From NCBI GenBank assembly GCA_024137785.1, contig JAHRHZ010000013.1:10973577-11037576 (forward strand): 64,000 nucleotides of DNA. Reading direction: 5' to 3'. The DNA comes from Ginglymostoma cirratum (Eukaryota). Each line of letters begins with the position of its first letter. Positions within the stretch are counted from its first letter, which is position 1. Under the pieces are notes generated by a model, which was given only the letters and a program-made list of their open reading frames with translations, was not told the origin of the DNA and ran no database searches. Below, one piece after another: positions 1 through 13,270 of the stretch. The position numbers and the translations under genes are program-made.

Positions 1-299
1 GCATAATGACTGGAAAATTGCAAATAATGAGGATGAAGGAAAAGTAATACATTTTAGTACAAAAAAGATTGATTTTGATTGCAAGATGAATAGTCTTTGC
101 TTGATTGAAGGTGGAGGAGGAAAGAGATTTAAAAATAGTTGCAGACCAAGCTTTAGTACAGTCTAAGATGCTGATTAATAATGAAGACTGAATGTTAGAG
201 CATATTACCATAAGTAAGGAGTACGTCCAAGAAAGTTACGTGTACTATTTTGAATGATATTAGAGAAACCAGGCTTAGGTATCCCATTAAATGTTGTTA

Positions 300-640
300 A
301 TTACTTTTTCAAAAGGGCAAAATTGCAAAACAAACCATAGAATTGTTTCCAGCCATGAAAACCTGAAAACTATGAAGATAGAGTAGAGAAGTCAATATTA
401 GTTTCAGAAAACAAGAGAACATTTTCTCCTGTTGCATTACGCATGGATAGTTCAGGCTCTGGAGGACAAGTGTGATGATTAGTTACAGTATTGTAGATCT
501 TTGTGATCCAAGCACTGAGGGTGAAAGGAATAGAAGGGTATCCTGATAGGGTTGTATGAAGAGGGATGGACAGAGATATAACATGGAAGCAGACCAATTG
601 AGCTAAGTAATCTGTTTCTGTGCTATATAATTCAATTAGT
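300..640 (+). mobile_element. Old, degenerate CR1-type LINE 3' end
   Basis: Ends with ...AGACCAATTGAGCTAAGTAATCTGTTTCTGTGCTATATAATTC, a decayed form of the CR1/HER1 3' terminal motif seen intact at 34400-34449 and 56933-56990. Boundaries approximate. Confidence 0.4.
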
Positions 641-1019
641 CTCTGTACTGGATTAAGATGATTCAGTACATCTTGATATCAAGTAGAGAAACCCTGTTCT
701 TGCAGGCTTTCTTTCAGATTGTTAGCTGTTTTGCTCTGGTACTTGAGGAGAGGCCAAGAATTGAAAGATCAGAGAAACCGTCCGGAAATAATTGATGCTG
801 TTTCATTTTATGTAAAGAAATCTGCTCTTCTGGCTTGTAGGCATTTTAAATGTAGCATAGACCTGAAATGTAACATGTGATACCATTAAATATACTCAGA
901 ACAAAACTTCTAACAGATAGCCTATACATTCTTGTGTTAACGAGGAAGTCATAAAAGCAATGTCATGGTATCTATAAAAGTCAACTATTAAGCAGCACGT
1001 GCAAGATTACGTACTAGGG

Positions 1020-1236
1020 AAAGTGTGGGTTAGGACTGACGGTTTGCAATGCTAAGTGATACCAACAGCGTGAGCTCAATTTCTGCACTGACTGAGGTTG
1101 CCATGAAGAACCCTTCTTCTCAACCTCTCCCATCACGTGAGGCATGGAGACTCTCAGGTTAAACCACCAGCAGTTGTCTCTCTCCAAGGCAAAAGCAAGC
1201 CAATTTAGGACTATGGCAACTTGACCTTACCTTTAT
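1020..1236 (+). mobile_element. tRNA-derived SINE (degenerate)
   Basis: tRNA-like head with decayed B-box (GAGCTCAATTTC), body with CTCAGGTTAAACCACC, tail GGACTATGGCAACTTGACCTTACCTTTA. Resembles a recalled shark SINE; family not named. Confidence 0.5.
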
Positions 1237-1867
1237 TAGGGAAAGAGCAAAAAATGAATCATGAACTCTAGGGCAAACCTGGGTTTGTCAGCTAAATGAA
1301 AGGCAATAGCAATGGCTGACAGAAGTGCATATCTTAGAGGTATTTTCTGTTGCATGACATCTGTGTGGCAATTGCCAGTCATGACTTGCAGCAGGGGGTT
1401 AAGAGAAGTCTAGAAATATGGAGGGCATAAAAAGCATACAATTTGAAATACAGTTTACCCCAGGCAGAATGCCTACTGCAGCATAGTCAGTTATCTGACA
1501 TAGAAGTGCAAATAATCTTGGCATTAAAACTGTGATTAAGATGTGTCAGCTGGTCCATGGAAATCTATAGAGATAGCAAACATCCACACTGAGCTGCCAG
1601 TAAATGTCACCAATACTTCAACTTCATGTCACAGTATCCTTCACTTAAAACGGACTCAAAGGAATTGGATGCTTTTCTATGTACGAGCTAGTACGCACTT
1701 ACATACACAGAGCAACAACCAGAAAAGATGGAAAAAGTTTTTCTTAGATTGCTGATATTCCAAAGTCACCATTAGTTTGGCTCTATATGCATATCCTATA
1801 GTATGTCAAGTCAAGAAAAGATGGTGATATGACTTTCACACAGAACAGATATGAAGAGCATGTATGC

Positions 1868-2447
1868 GTTGAATTTTTGTTTCAGGATCCTGATCCTAAT
1901 ACTGGATGAATTGCAGATTAGGAGCCTTGAAGTAGCTGTGCTGGGACCCTGGAATATAGTTTCAAAGAGGTGGACAGTTAAGAGGCTGCGTCTAGATGCC
2001 CCCTCCATTTAAGAACAGTGATGAGCATTACTTCTGGAAAAGGTACACCCTGCTGTTATAGGTTGTGGTCCACAAGTCAGAAGACTTGGTAAACCATCTG
2101 AAATTTACTGTGACCTTAGCTGCCTGGCTATAATTATAGTGGATAAGCCCTGTAGAGGATGGCCTGCAGCAATATTAATGACCCTCGCAGTCCAGTGCTT
2201 CCTTGCTGGGCTGCATTATAGGATGTGCCTCTACTCTTCCTGGCCTGACACCATGAGTCCACCACTCTTCAATTGATAGACCCCAGCCACATTGGCTCTT
2301 AATTGGCCATTCTCACAGCCAGAATTTGTGTCCTGATAATAGGGCAGAGGTAGGATCAGGAAAGTGGATCACCAAGTCGCCTGGTGACGAGAAATTGCCA
2401 ACATGCCTGCCTCTAAAACACCCTCTGTCTTGGGATTAAATTCTGCT
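1868..2447. mobile_element. Putative non-autonomous PIF/Harbinger-derived element
   Basis: GC-richer block bounded by GTTGAATTTT... and ...AAATTCTGC, similar to the GG(C)AGAATTTT ends at 18148, 36180 and 52604. Inference. Confidence 0.3.
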
Positions 2448-2999
2448 ACCTCACTGTAGAAACATCTGTCCTGAATGGTGAATGTAAAATATGCTGAGCA
2501 AGTAGCACATGTTGTATTCGTTAAGGCAGCCTGTAGTTGCCGTGGACATTTGTCTGAAACTAGATTTTGGCCAATTGCTTATGCAAACAATGTCTGAGCA
2601 CCTAGTTAATCTACCTTTAGGAAATGTATTGTGTTTGTTACACTGGTGGAACTGTAGTCACAGCAGCAGTTATTAAAGGGGCAAATGCAAGCTTGTCAGC
2701 TAAATGGTGAGCCTCGGCTGCTCACATTTCCAATCACTTTCCTCACCTCCCGGACTCACCATGAACTCAATGTCACAATTCAACTTTTATCCTCATAGTC
2801 AGCACACTGCCTCTTGAGGCATGACGAGAACCACCCTGTAGTCCGGTCATATTCTGATGAGATAGAATCAGGTTTACAGGATACATACTCAATGATCACT
2901 GTTGACACTGTACTTGAAGTTGAGGCCACGCCAATTTCTAGGACTTTGTATTTGACTGCAATCATTGTAGCTCAGAACACTGGCGGAAATAGCTGATAT

Positions 3000-3445
3000 T
3001 TGTTTTATTATTTGTTCATGAGATGGGAGTGTCAATGGCAAGGTCAACATGTGTTACCCATCTTAAATGCCCTTGAGAAGGTGGTGGTGAGAAACTGTCC
3101 TGAACAGCTGCAGCCCATGATCTGTAAGTACATACACCAAACTACTAGGGAAAGAATTCCCGGATTTTGATCCGAAGACATTGGTTTGATGGTGATAGAT
3201 TTCGAAATCAGATTTCAATGGCTTGGAGTGGGGCTTGTCGCAAGAGGTGTCCCCATGCTTCTGCTTCTCTTGTTCATGTACGGGCCAAGAACATGGGACT
3301 AGAGTGTTCTGTCTAAGGAGCTTTGGTGAGCTGCTGTCCACTAGGTGTTTTTGTGTCCATTACTGGATGGTGTGATGGTTTAAGGTGTTGGATGCAACAC
3401 TGAGTGAGCAGGCAGCTTTGTCCTAGTGGGTGTTGAGCTTCTTGA
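3000..3445 (-). mobile_element. 3' end of a CR1/L2-group LINE (same family as 39065-39603)
   Basis: Reverse complement of the 39065-39603 tail: GCCCTTGAGAAGGTGGTGGTGAG ... GCAGCTTTGTCCTAGTGGGTGTTGAGCTTCTTGA (antisense of KKLD.IQDKAA). Confidence 0.65.
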
Positions 3446-3659
3446 CAGAGGAAGATGGCATTCACTTTTGAGCTTTATCCTTAGTTAAAGTATCTTAACT
3501 GATCACCATACTGGTAATTACAATGAAGGCATAAATGATTGTCTTTAATCTATAGAATTTTATTAAAGTTACTCATAAATACCCTTCTTTAAAACTACAA
3601 TACATGGAATAAGTGAGTGCAGCAGTTAAGACAACAAAGGCAATTGTTAAACAACAAGG

Positions 3660-3800
3660 GCTGTTGAAAGTTCTGATTGAAGGTCACTGTCTTAACTTCA
3701 GTACTGTTTTCTCTCTGCAGATGTTGCCTGACCTACTGAGTATTTCCAACATTTCCATTTTTAGTCAGACATCCAGTATCCACAATATTTTGCTTCTATA
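3660..3800 (+). mobile_element. Degenerate Penelope-like pseudo-LTR fragment
   Basis: GTTCTGATTGAAGGTCA ... CAGATGTTGCCTGACCTACTGAGTATTTCCAACATT...CCAGTATCC matches the PLE terminal unit seen at 30031-30164; ribozyme core is mutated. Confidence 0.5.
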
Positions 3801-6800
3801 CTTTGAAAAATTATAAGACTCATTAATCTTCAAAGAAGGATTTGGAAGTGGAATCCTCTCACAGGTCTATCAGAAAGCATCTCCATATGATTATTTCCAA
3901 TATTTGCTGATATACTATACACATACATTAAAAAAAAACCTGACAAAATTCACAAGGAACTAATTTAGGAATGTAAGACTTTTTTTTAAACTTGGCTTTG
4001 GAGAGAATACTTTCTTGTATCAGAAGTATCATCCCCTGTGCTTTCTTCAGTTTCTCAGCTTAACTTTGCCAGAAGATTGACAGAAATTCCAGGGAAACAA
4101 ATATGTTTACCTAAACTGAAAAAAATAAGAAATTAAGTGCTGGTAACAATCAGCAAGTCAGGTAAAATTATAGGGAAGAGATATCGGGCTGTTGAGCTGA
4201 ATAAGTAGAGCTGGGAATATCAGGACTTTCCTCCTGCGATCTTATGCTGATGCTGTGGGTAGGCCTTGCAGCTTTACCAAACGCAGCCACAACTTCTGGT
4301 GGCGCTGCAGGCAATGGTAAGCTGCAAATCTCTGATTGTAAGGCAGCTCTTGTGGTTAGGATCCAGGATGAGAGAGGGGTATAGAGGGGAGACACTGGGA
4401 GATAGAAGGATATAGAGAAGAGACACTAGGGAACTAGGGAGCAATGTGTTTTAGAGAGGATGTCTTTAGGAATGGGTTCTCTGGTAAGTATTGAACTTTT
4501 GAACGTGGCATTGTGATAGTAATATGTGACAGACCAATTATCAGAAGTCAACCCGAGTGTACATTTCCAGTTTATTTTGTACTTATTTAGTGTAACTTCT
4601 GCTCAGAAAGACGAATGTACTAACACTGGAACTTTCTCTTCTGATGGAGTTTTGTAGTTGAAATCAGGTTATTTAGAAAGCAGGAGGTGGATATGGGTAG
4701 CAATTCTATAGTGTGTAGATAAAGGGTAGGATATTCCCCATGTGGCATCTGACCAGAGATAAAAGAAAGGGAAGTCAACCAATATATGTCTAAGCAGTGG
4801 GAAGGTTAACTATTCCAAACACACTGACACTTCAGAACCACATGAAAAATGAACACTTGGTAACAATAATGCTTTAATTAACAAGTTAAATCACTGCTCT
4901 TGCTAAGAGCTATGTTCATAGAATCCCACTGTTGCACTGCTAGACATCGTCATGCACTGCAGCTTGGCTGCACACAATTAATTGCAAAATGTATTGTCAC
5001 TTGATGACTTGGTGATGTCAACAGATGCCAACAGACTGCTTTAAATTGATGTGAAGAATTCACCCTGCTCTTCTGGGGCCAGATGACAACCACACAAATA
5101 AATGAGGCCCATTAATGTCACCGAGTGATTAGAGACTGTCCACATTAGTTTTATGTGTAAATGTCCACCATGTGGCTCGAGTCAAGTTGTGCAAAGCCTT
5201 ACAGTTCTCACAGAATATCTATTCTGCATGTGCCAACATTCTACATAATCCCGAACTACTTTATCATGAACGTAGGACAGTCCAAATATGAACTGACAGA
5301 AGGAAGATATTTACAAAGGCAGCCTTTAAAACATGCCATATAGCAATGTTGTATCAGATTTTATAATTCTCAATGAGTAAGGTAGCGACAGAAATAAGGA
5401 TTCTACTTTTACAATGTTTAGTGACAAAATTGCATCATAAAACAATTGAAACTAATTTCATAAAGTATGTGAGCCACAAAACACTCATTAAAATTAATGG
5501 ACTCTGAGTTGCACAATATTCCAAAACATCATTTTGGAAGATCACCAGTGATGAGACATCCACAACAGTTCAGTAACATGCAGGATTAAGCACCAGAAGG
5601 AGCTGCCACTGAAGCTGGTGAACACCCGCTGCCCACCTCTCACCAAGTACAGGTCACTGTTAAGTTACTGAGCTGTGATCCAGATGACAATGCTTTCCTG
5701 AAAGTGGAAGGAAAGGATATCACTGAACAAATGATAAGATTTATGATGGAAGTGGTAATGGTCATAAGGTAGATAAATGTGGACGTTGGAGAAAACATAA
5801 CAGAGCATGGAACAGGAGAATATCTGAGCTCTATCAAGCCTATCCCCTGCATAGACTATGCACCATCTATCAAATCATCAACTCTTTTCCAGTTGTTTAT
5901 GAACTTAAAGGATGATTCTGGGTTATTTCTAAGTCACCATGAAAGGTATTCAAGCAATATTTGGGAATGCCAATCTATCCTCATGTCTATACTATTCACC
6001 CCTGGCTGACTAATCTTTCAGAATACATCCCATTTTAGCCACACCAGAAACAGAATGAAACAAGAAGTACATTGTCAGTTTAGTCCCTGCTACGTTATCG
6101 TATCATTCAATCAAATCAGTTACTGATCTATCACAACTCAGAAGATGTTTATTAAAATATCAGTATTGTTCCACATATCCACTATTATGTGGGAGGGGAA
6201 AGTTTCTTAATCCCAGAATCACTCACTTTGAATTCAATATAAAGGAAAATCAGGCAAGGGTCCGTTATGAGATGCCCACTTGTTTTTCACTCCTTGAGAT
6301 GACCACTTCAGACGTTAATTGCTGGTGAGTCAAGAAAGTCACCCGCGGGCATTTTCACTCAGCATTTAATTGCAGAGAAGCAGGTGAAATCTCCAGGACC
6401 AACTTGTTGATTATTATCCCATTTGACCATCTCGCTCACCTCCAGAGAGTAGAAAACTCCACCCATTTTTTTTTGCTTTTTCTGTTACTACTATCATAAC
6501 AGTAATTGTAACAAGTTATTCTTCCCTTACAGGAGAAAACTTCCAAATATTTATTTCTAATGAGGGCCATTCCTGCTCTTTAAGTCATTTCAATGCAACC
6601 CTAAGAACTGTTTATCATTTCCAGTATTTTACGGGTTCAATCCTCTGCATTTAATTATTTCCAGCAAGCTCTGTGACGGAATATTTATTTGTTTATACAA
6701 ATGTACAACCCCTCATCTGTTTCCCACTGACCCATTGCAAATGCTATATCTTCTTCTTTCTTCTGCTACAATTCTTCTTACTTACTTTCCTATTATTTTC

Positions 6801-8562
6801 AAGATTCTTACATTATCAGGTTACTCCAGTAATTAGCTAATTAACAATCTATTAATTTAAATCTATTAGCAATATCACACAAACTTCTCCATTACAAGTC
6901 TTACATTCAACTGCATATAAACCCCACATTTAATTAATCTACATTTCAACGTTTGTCTACTTTTCACATTAGATCTGCTTGTAATACAGGCCTATCATGC
7001 TTAAAAAATACTTACCTCCTACTGAGCTGGCGAAGGATCCACCTAATTCTAATGACTACTTGATTCTGTGTCCTCCACAGCATTCACGAACTCAAAGCTT
7101 CTCTCTTACTGCCTCCTCATGTTGTCTATTCCCCCAAATTGCTGCTTCTCTTCTCCTCTTTGAGATGGCATAATCCTTTAGCTGATCTTTTTTTCCACTA
7201 AACCCTTTGCTCTATTATTTGCAAAACAGAATTCACATCTTGACTAGGGCATAAAAAGCAACCAATTTGTTTTCATGTTTTCTGTGATTTACGTTCACAA
7301 CAGAAGATGCTTAAACAACTCAAATAAGTTCCCAGGTACTGCCAGGAATGCAACTTGTGAAGTAGATTGTGGATCTAATTTTCTGAGGAACATTCCTCAG
7401 GTGAAACTCTTGATTCTGAAGCTGTTTTAAATAAAGAAATGTTGCTCACCTCACTGTTGGGAAAGTTCTTTTCCTCTAATTTTTCAGCAGGATAAAACCA
7501 ACATTATTTATCTTTTATATTCTGTAAGTGCTCACGTGTGTGTGGTGCAATGTGTCGATGATATTTTAGGAAAACATTTATCAGGTTCAATTATGACAAC
7601 ACTTTAGTGACACTAACTTCTCCAAGTTTTCAAAACCCCATCTTCTTCTAAATGTTAATAGCTCCCTTCCTTCCTGGGATCCTTTTCAGGCCACTCTCAA
7701 TGCTTGCTGGCTGCACATAAATCTAATTGAGTATTTCCTTTTAATGTTGTACAGGCTGGGATCTAATGCTGCAATCCTCTGTCTTTGTAAATATATGCAG
7801 AAAGTTTAGCATGAAAAATCCTTTTTTTAAATTTTAAAATCTGATTTTAATCAAAATGTGAAAGTTGGCACAGAGCTCTGCCTTGATACTATCACCTACT
7901 GGCATGAAACAATAAAAACTACCATCATTTGCAACTCAGGAAATCATTCATTATTGGGCATTGAATATATTCCAAAAATTGATATGAATTCCCAGTGATA
8001 TTAGAAAGGAAACTTTAATCAATGATAAAATTAAGGATTCTTTAAGAACATTTGACATTGCAACATGTATTTCATTATTGGTTTGAAATCTTGATTTCAT
8101 TATAATAAAGTGAGGCAAGATTAATGAAATCACATGAAATATTTATATAATCTGCGTCCAGTGTAGAATAACATCTTTTAATGAGAGCTCAACTCACATG
8201 AACTATAAGGATTCAAACATTAATGCAGAAATGCGCACTTAAAGCACAGAAATGACTAGAGAAACATGTATAGAAAACAAAACAAATAAAACTGCTATCC
8301 AAAAACTGGTCTATAATTATAACACCTCCTTTGATGTGTTTTAAATTTAGTCCATTATTTACTTAATGCTGCTCAACCTACTGGCCGTTTTAAATTCAGA
8401 ACTTTCCTCCACTCTTATGGCTATATTGCACACAGGTTTGGAATGCAACTGTGTAAATAGTGCCTAGCACTGATGAAGTCTTAATAAAAGAAAACGTAGG
8501 ACATTTATTTCCTTTGTTATCATGTCAACCACATTCGCCACTGCAGGAGCATTTAGCATCTA

Positions 8563-9285
8563 GGGCCATAAGACAGGCCAAAAGTAGGCCACTAAGCCCA
8601 TTGGGTCTGCTTCATCATTCAACGATATCTTGGCTGATTTGAAAACCCTCAAATCCACTTTCCTGCCTTTTTTCCATAACCCTTGATTCCCTTACTGATA
8701 GAGTGCCTGTCTAACTCACGTTGAATGTACTTAATGATCTAGTCTTGACAGCCCTCCACGATAAAGAATTCCACAGACTCGCTACCCTCTGAAAAAATAA
8801 ATTCCTGCTCATCTCTGTTTTAAATTTATGAAACCACTATTCAAGATTACGTCCTCTGGTCATACACTCTCCCACATGGAGAAACAAGCTTTCTGCATCT
8901 GTCCTATCAAGTCCTGTAAAGATCTTATATGTTTCAATAAGGTTGCCTCTAATCCTTCTAATGTCCGAGTACAGGCCCAATGTACTCAACCTCTCCTTGT
9001 AAAACAGTCCATCCATACCCAGTACCAGCCTAGTGAACTTTCAATGTACTACCTCCAATGCCAGTATATCTTTCCTTAGATGAGAGGCCCAAAACTTTCA
9101 CAGTATTCCAGCTATGGTCTGACTAGTGCCCCGAATTGTTTTGGCAAAACCTCCCTACGTTTATACTGTATTCCCTCTGAAGTAAAGAAAAACTTACAAC
9201 TTGCCCACACTGCTCATCACTGTGCTTAGATGTTGGCTTTTTGTGATTCATGAACGAGTACTCCCAAATCCCTCTGTTCTTTAGA
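8563..9285 (-). mobile_element. CR1 (HER1-like) LINE, 5'-truncated 3' portion
   Basis: Antisense of the RT C-terminus (L.RA.V.P.LEYC.KFWA...L.RLGLY...RLRGNLIETYKIF.GLDR.DA) plus 3' UTR; frameshifts and stops. Confidence 0.85.
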
Positions 9286-11842
9286 CTTCTACTCAGTTCC
9301 TTTGTGGGAAAAAAGATCCTCAGGAACAGATGTGGAGCTTACAAACAGTTCCACAAATGTTATTCCTTACTTGCATGTTCCAATATCGCTCCACACTTCT
9401 GAGATTATAACGCTTGCAATTCCAAAAGTGAGTTTCTTTCCTAAATTCTTGATGGAGTCATGCACTCAAAAGACACTTATAAGAACACTGCAAGTGCATT
9501 GCTCACAATTTCCCCTCTATTAACATTAATGGATAGAAATCATGGGCAGAGTGTGTGATTTTCTGAACTATATTCCGCTGTATGCAAAGTCCCACCAATG
9601 ACCCAAGGTCTCAGAGACCATCTACCGATATTGAATAAAACCTATGGAAGTGTGATTGAGGGACAGGGTTGGGGTGAAGGGTATTTGGCTCATAGCATTT
9701 TCACCTTCCAAACATACCCTACCAAGGCTCTGGGACGTGCTCATTTAAGAAATCTGGGCAGCTACCCATGCCTAGTGAAAGAATGGGTCTACATTGACCA
9801 AGGACAGAGCTGAAGTTAGAGCAGCACTGACTGTGCTGCTGTAATAACGGGAGACAGAGTCTCACATTTTGCTAAAGAGAAAGGTTTGCTTGAATTTGTT
9901 CAAATTTCTAAACTGAATTCCCCAGCCACTCTTTACCAGGCAGTAACTGATCTTTCCGAGTGCGGGTATAAGTTCCTTTGAGCCTTCTGGGAATCCTTCA
10001 GGGTAAGTCCCCACGGTAACCTCCAGTGCCACCTCTAGGCTGCCTGTTCCGTGTAACAAGGCTGAGCAAAAGGACTGACCAGACTCCAACCCCTGGAGTT
10101 TAATTTGTTGGAACACAAATAGAAACCTAATATATTCAGATTCTGTCACAAATTCTGCAACTTTTGTAGGAATTAGCTTGTAATTGTGCAAAATTGATCA
10201 TGAAATTTTCAGGCTAATCTGTTTAATTGGAATTTATTGTAAATTAATGTTTAGGAATATAAGATTTATTTTCTTCAATTGTGAAGTGAAGAGATTGTGT
10301 CAGATAATTACTATTGTTGGATCCAAGATCTTGTTCTATTAAGGCATTTTTTGATGTTTTGTCTTGCATCCCGGAGTCAATTGTATAATTTCCATTGTCT
10401 GTTTTCCTGAGGGAAATGCAGGCTTTCTTATTTTTCACATAAAGATTCCTAAGTGATAACAAAGAATTGAAAGACAGAAAGCAGCAGCACAATAGCAGTC
10501 TATTCTTTTAAAGATAAATGAGCAATTATTCATGTACTTTTAAACAATGTCCATCATCCCAATGAAGTACTTGACAAATGAGTAAAGCTCTACAATTAGG
10601 GCCCAAGAAAAATGTGTAGTTAAGACTTAAAGTGCACAGCATTGAGTGGACTGTCTTAGACTGTCAATCAACCTACATTTAAGATCTAAACAAGAGGGAA
10701 ATTCTTATCACTGCACGCAGTATTATGTGATGTCTCCGGTAACTCTTACCAAGAGAATATGATGTTCAAGTAAACATGAGGAATGTATTGAGAATCTTCT
10801 CTCATTTCTGTGAGAACTACATCCAATAACAGAACTGAACTGTGAGTACCAATCGTTAAACATTCGCAGCGTCTTTGCTCCAGGCCTTTAAATATTCCCT
10901 TAATTCTGAACTCAACACAGAAAAGAAGCTTGTTCTTTACTGTGACATGTCTGCAGACAATTCTTCTGTGATAGATTGATGCACTGACACAAAATCTTTC
11001 AACCTTAATGTGGAAAGCAGCCATCGAGCAGTTGGTGGGGACACAGAGTGCTGTCAGATTTATGGCTTATTTCCCACCTTCTTATGTGACCGAGGTTAAA
11101 ATACATCATACTCTATCCTAATTGTATTTATACAGTATCACATCAAAATGTTTCAAGGCACGTCACACGGATACTGAATCACTTTAAATTGCAACAATGA
11201 TTAGATAGGAAAACATGCATCCTATGTATCTTTAGGCAAATACTTCTATGGGCAACTTCGGTACAGAAGAGAAGTTAAATTTAGGTAGTCTAGTCCAACA
11301 AACCATATTGGCAGACAGTTTAATGCAAGTTTGATTACCCAATTTCTCTGTCATGAATTCTAATTGCTAACAAAACACTGGGAACGGTGAATCCTGGAGA
11401 AGGTGGAGAGTAACCTATACAATCTTTAATGCAAAAGGCAAAGGGCAGTTTTACCAATGCAGTGGAGATAGCTTGTCAGCATTACATTAGCTCTTATGGA
11501 AACAGATATTTATATGGGAGAAGTTAAAAGTTGGTAGAGTTTTTCCTCTGTTCATTAAATGCCGATGTTAGGAGGTCCAAACCACACAACTGGCATCTTG
11601 AACTTGAAAACAGAAATAGTTGATACCAGTGGAGATCAGGAGGATGGCAGCTGGCGTGGTGGACAGGGAGTGGTCGGTGAGTGCATAGAATGTCAATGGG
11701 TCTTTTTTTTATTTGTGGGCACAGGAACAGCATTCCTGCTTCTAAAATTTTTATTCCTAAAATCTTCTTCAAAATCAATCTTGCATTACTTTTACAGGAG
11801 CCCCTAGCTGTTTTTTTTTTACAGACTGTTGCTTAAGTTAAT

Positions 11843-12140
11843 ATTTATTCCTAATGGGGTGAGGGCATCGCAGGCTAGGCCAGCATTTATTGCCTATCCC
11901 TAATTGCCCAGAGTCAACCACATTGTTGTGAGTCTGGAGTCACATAGATCAGGCCAGGTAAGGATAGTAGTTTCCTTCCCTAAAGGACAATGGTGAACAG
12001 GATGGGTTTTTCCACCAATAATTGATTCAATTTGTAGTTCCAGATTGTTGTTATGTTCCCCACAGCCTGGGTCCCCAGGACATTACCCAAGTATGTGGAT
12101 AAACAGTCCAGCAATAATACACCTAGGCCATCACCTCCCC
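11843..12140 (-). mobile_element. tRNA-derived SINE with LINE-shared 3' tail
   Basis: On the minus strand: head GGGAGGTGATGGCCTAGG (A-box), tail GGGCAATTAGGGATAGGCAATAAATGCTGGCCTAGCC. Near-identical copy at 22745-23053. Confidence 0.8.
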
Positions 12141-12479
12141 TAAGTACAGAATGCCTGGTATAAAGCAATGGATCATGTGTAGCATGAACTGTGCCCATTT
12201 CTATCTGAAAATTTCAGGTACAATCCAACAACTGATGAAAGGTTCCAATTTTCACATTTAAGCAATCTTCTGTCTCCATCAGTGGGACAGGCTGCTCATT
12301 GAAATTGCATGAAGTGGATCTTATGGAGGATGAAGTCAGTTTTGACAATTTTTAACTACCAGCCACCCATTTTCACCTCATATGTGCCACAAATACATTG
12401 AAACATGGAGACATCACTTCTCAACCCTGTCTCATTTCTAGGAGAAACATGTATAATAACACCAGTTGTATGCAGTAGC

Positions 12480-13270
12480 ATTGACACAATGTGATATTTG
12501 AGCTTCATAAAAAGGTGTTAGGACAAGTGACAAATAGCTTAGTTGAAAAGGCAGTTTAAAGGAGCATCTTAAAAAAAAGTGAAAGGGGTGCACAGGTTCT
12601 TTAGGCTATGGCAGAGATCAGAACCTAGGCAGCTGAAGGCAAGGCCTTCAATGGTGGAGTAAATGAAATTGGGGATGCTCAAAGGGCAAGACTTGATGGA
12701 TTGCAGAATTTCAGGAGAGATATAAAGCCAAAAGAAATGACGGTGGGATAAGCTATTGAGGGTTTTAAATGCCAAGGTGAGAACTTTCATCTTGTGGCAT
12801 TGCCACACCAGGAATCAATCTAAGTGAGCAAGACAGTAACAATGGTGAATGGGACTTCAGACAGCATTAGGATATAAGCCACAGCATTTTCATAGAATCA
12901 TAGAGTCCCTACAGTATGGAAGCAGGCCATTCAGTCCATACCAACCCTCTGAAGAGCATCCCACCCAGATCCATCACCTCCACCCTATCCCTGTAACCCT
13001 CCTTTTCCTATGGCCAATCTACCTAACCTGCTCGTGTTTGGACTGTGGGAGGAAACCGGAGCACCCGGAGGAAACCCACGCAGCGACAGGGAGAATGTGC
13101 AAAATCCAGACAGACAGTCACCTGAGGGTGGAAACTAAACTGAGTCCTGGGCACAGTGAGGCAGCAGTACTGAGCCGCTGAGCCACCATGTCACCCCTAA
13201 ATTTTGAATGAGTTCCGGTTTCCAGAGGCTGGAAGACAGGTGCAGCCTAAAGAACAATGGAATAATGAAA
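12480..13270 (-). mobile_element. L2 LINE 3' fragment, interrupted by an HE1 SINE
   Basis: ORF 12569-12808 KVLTLAFKTLNSLS...IEGLAFSCLGSDLCHSL matches the L2 C-terminus (KILILVFKSLHGL...GGRAFS.LGP.LWNSL). Sequence resumes after 13198. Confidence 0.6.
12891..13198 (-). mobile_element. HE1 SINE (V-SINE superfamily)
   Basis: tRNA head (GGTGGCTCAGCGG...CACTG), V-domain GGGTTTCCTCCGGGTGCTCCGGTTTCCTCCCACAGTCCAAA, CR1-type tail TAGGGACTCTATGATTCTATG. Confidence 0.9.

Noticed and set aside
2854-2875. CTGATGA followed by a GAT/ATC stem as a hammerhead
   Set aside because: No GAAA after stem II and no PLE context.
5590-5772. ATG-less open frame (LLSCDPDDNAFLKVEGKDITEQM)
   Set aside because: No convincing splice sites or homology; its length is compatible with chance.
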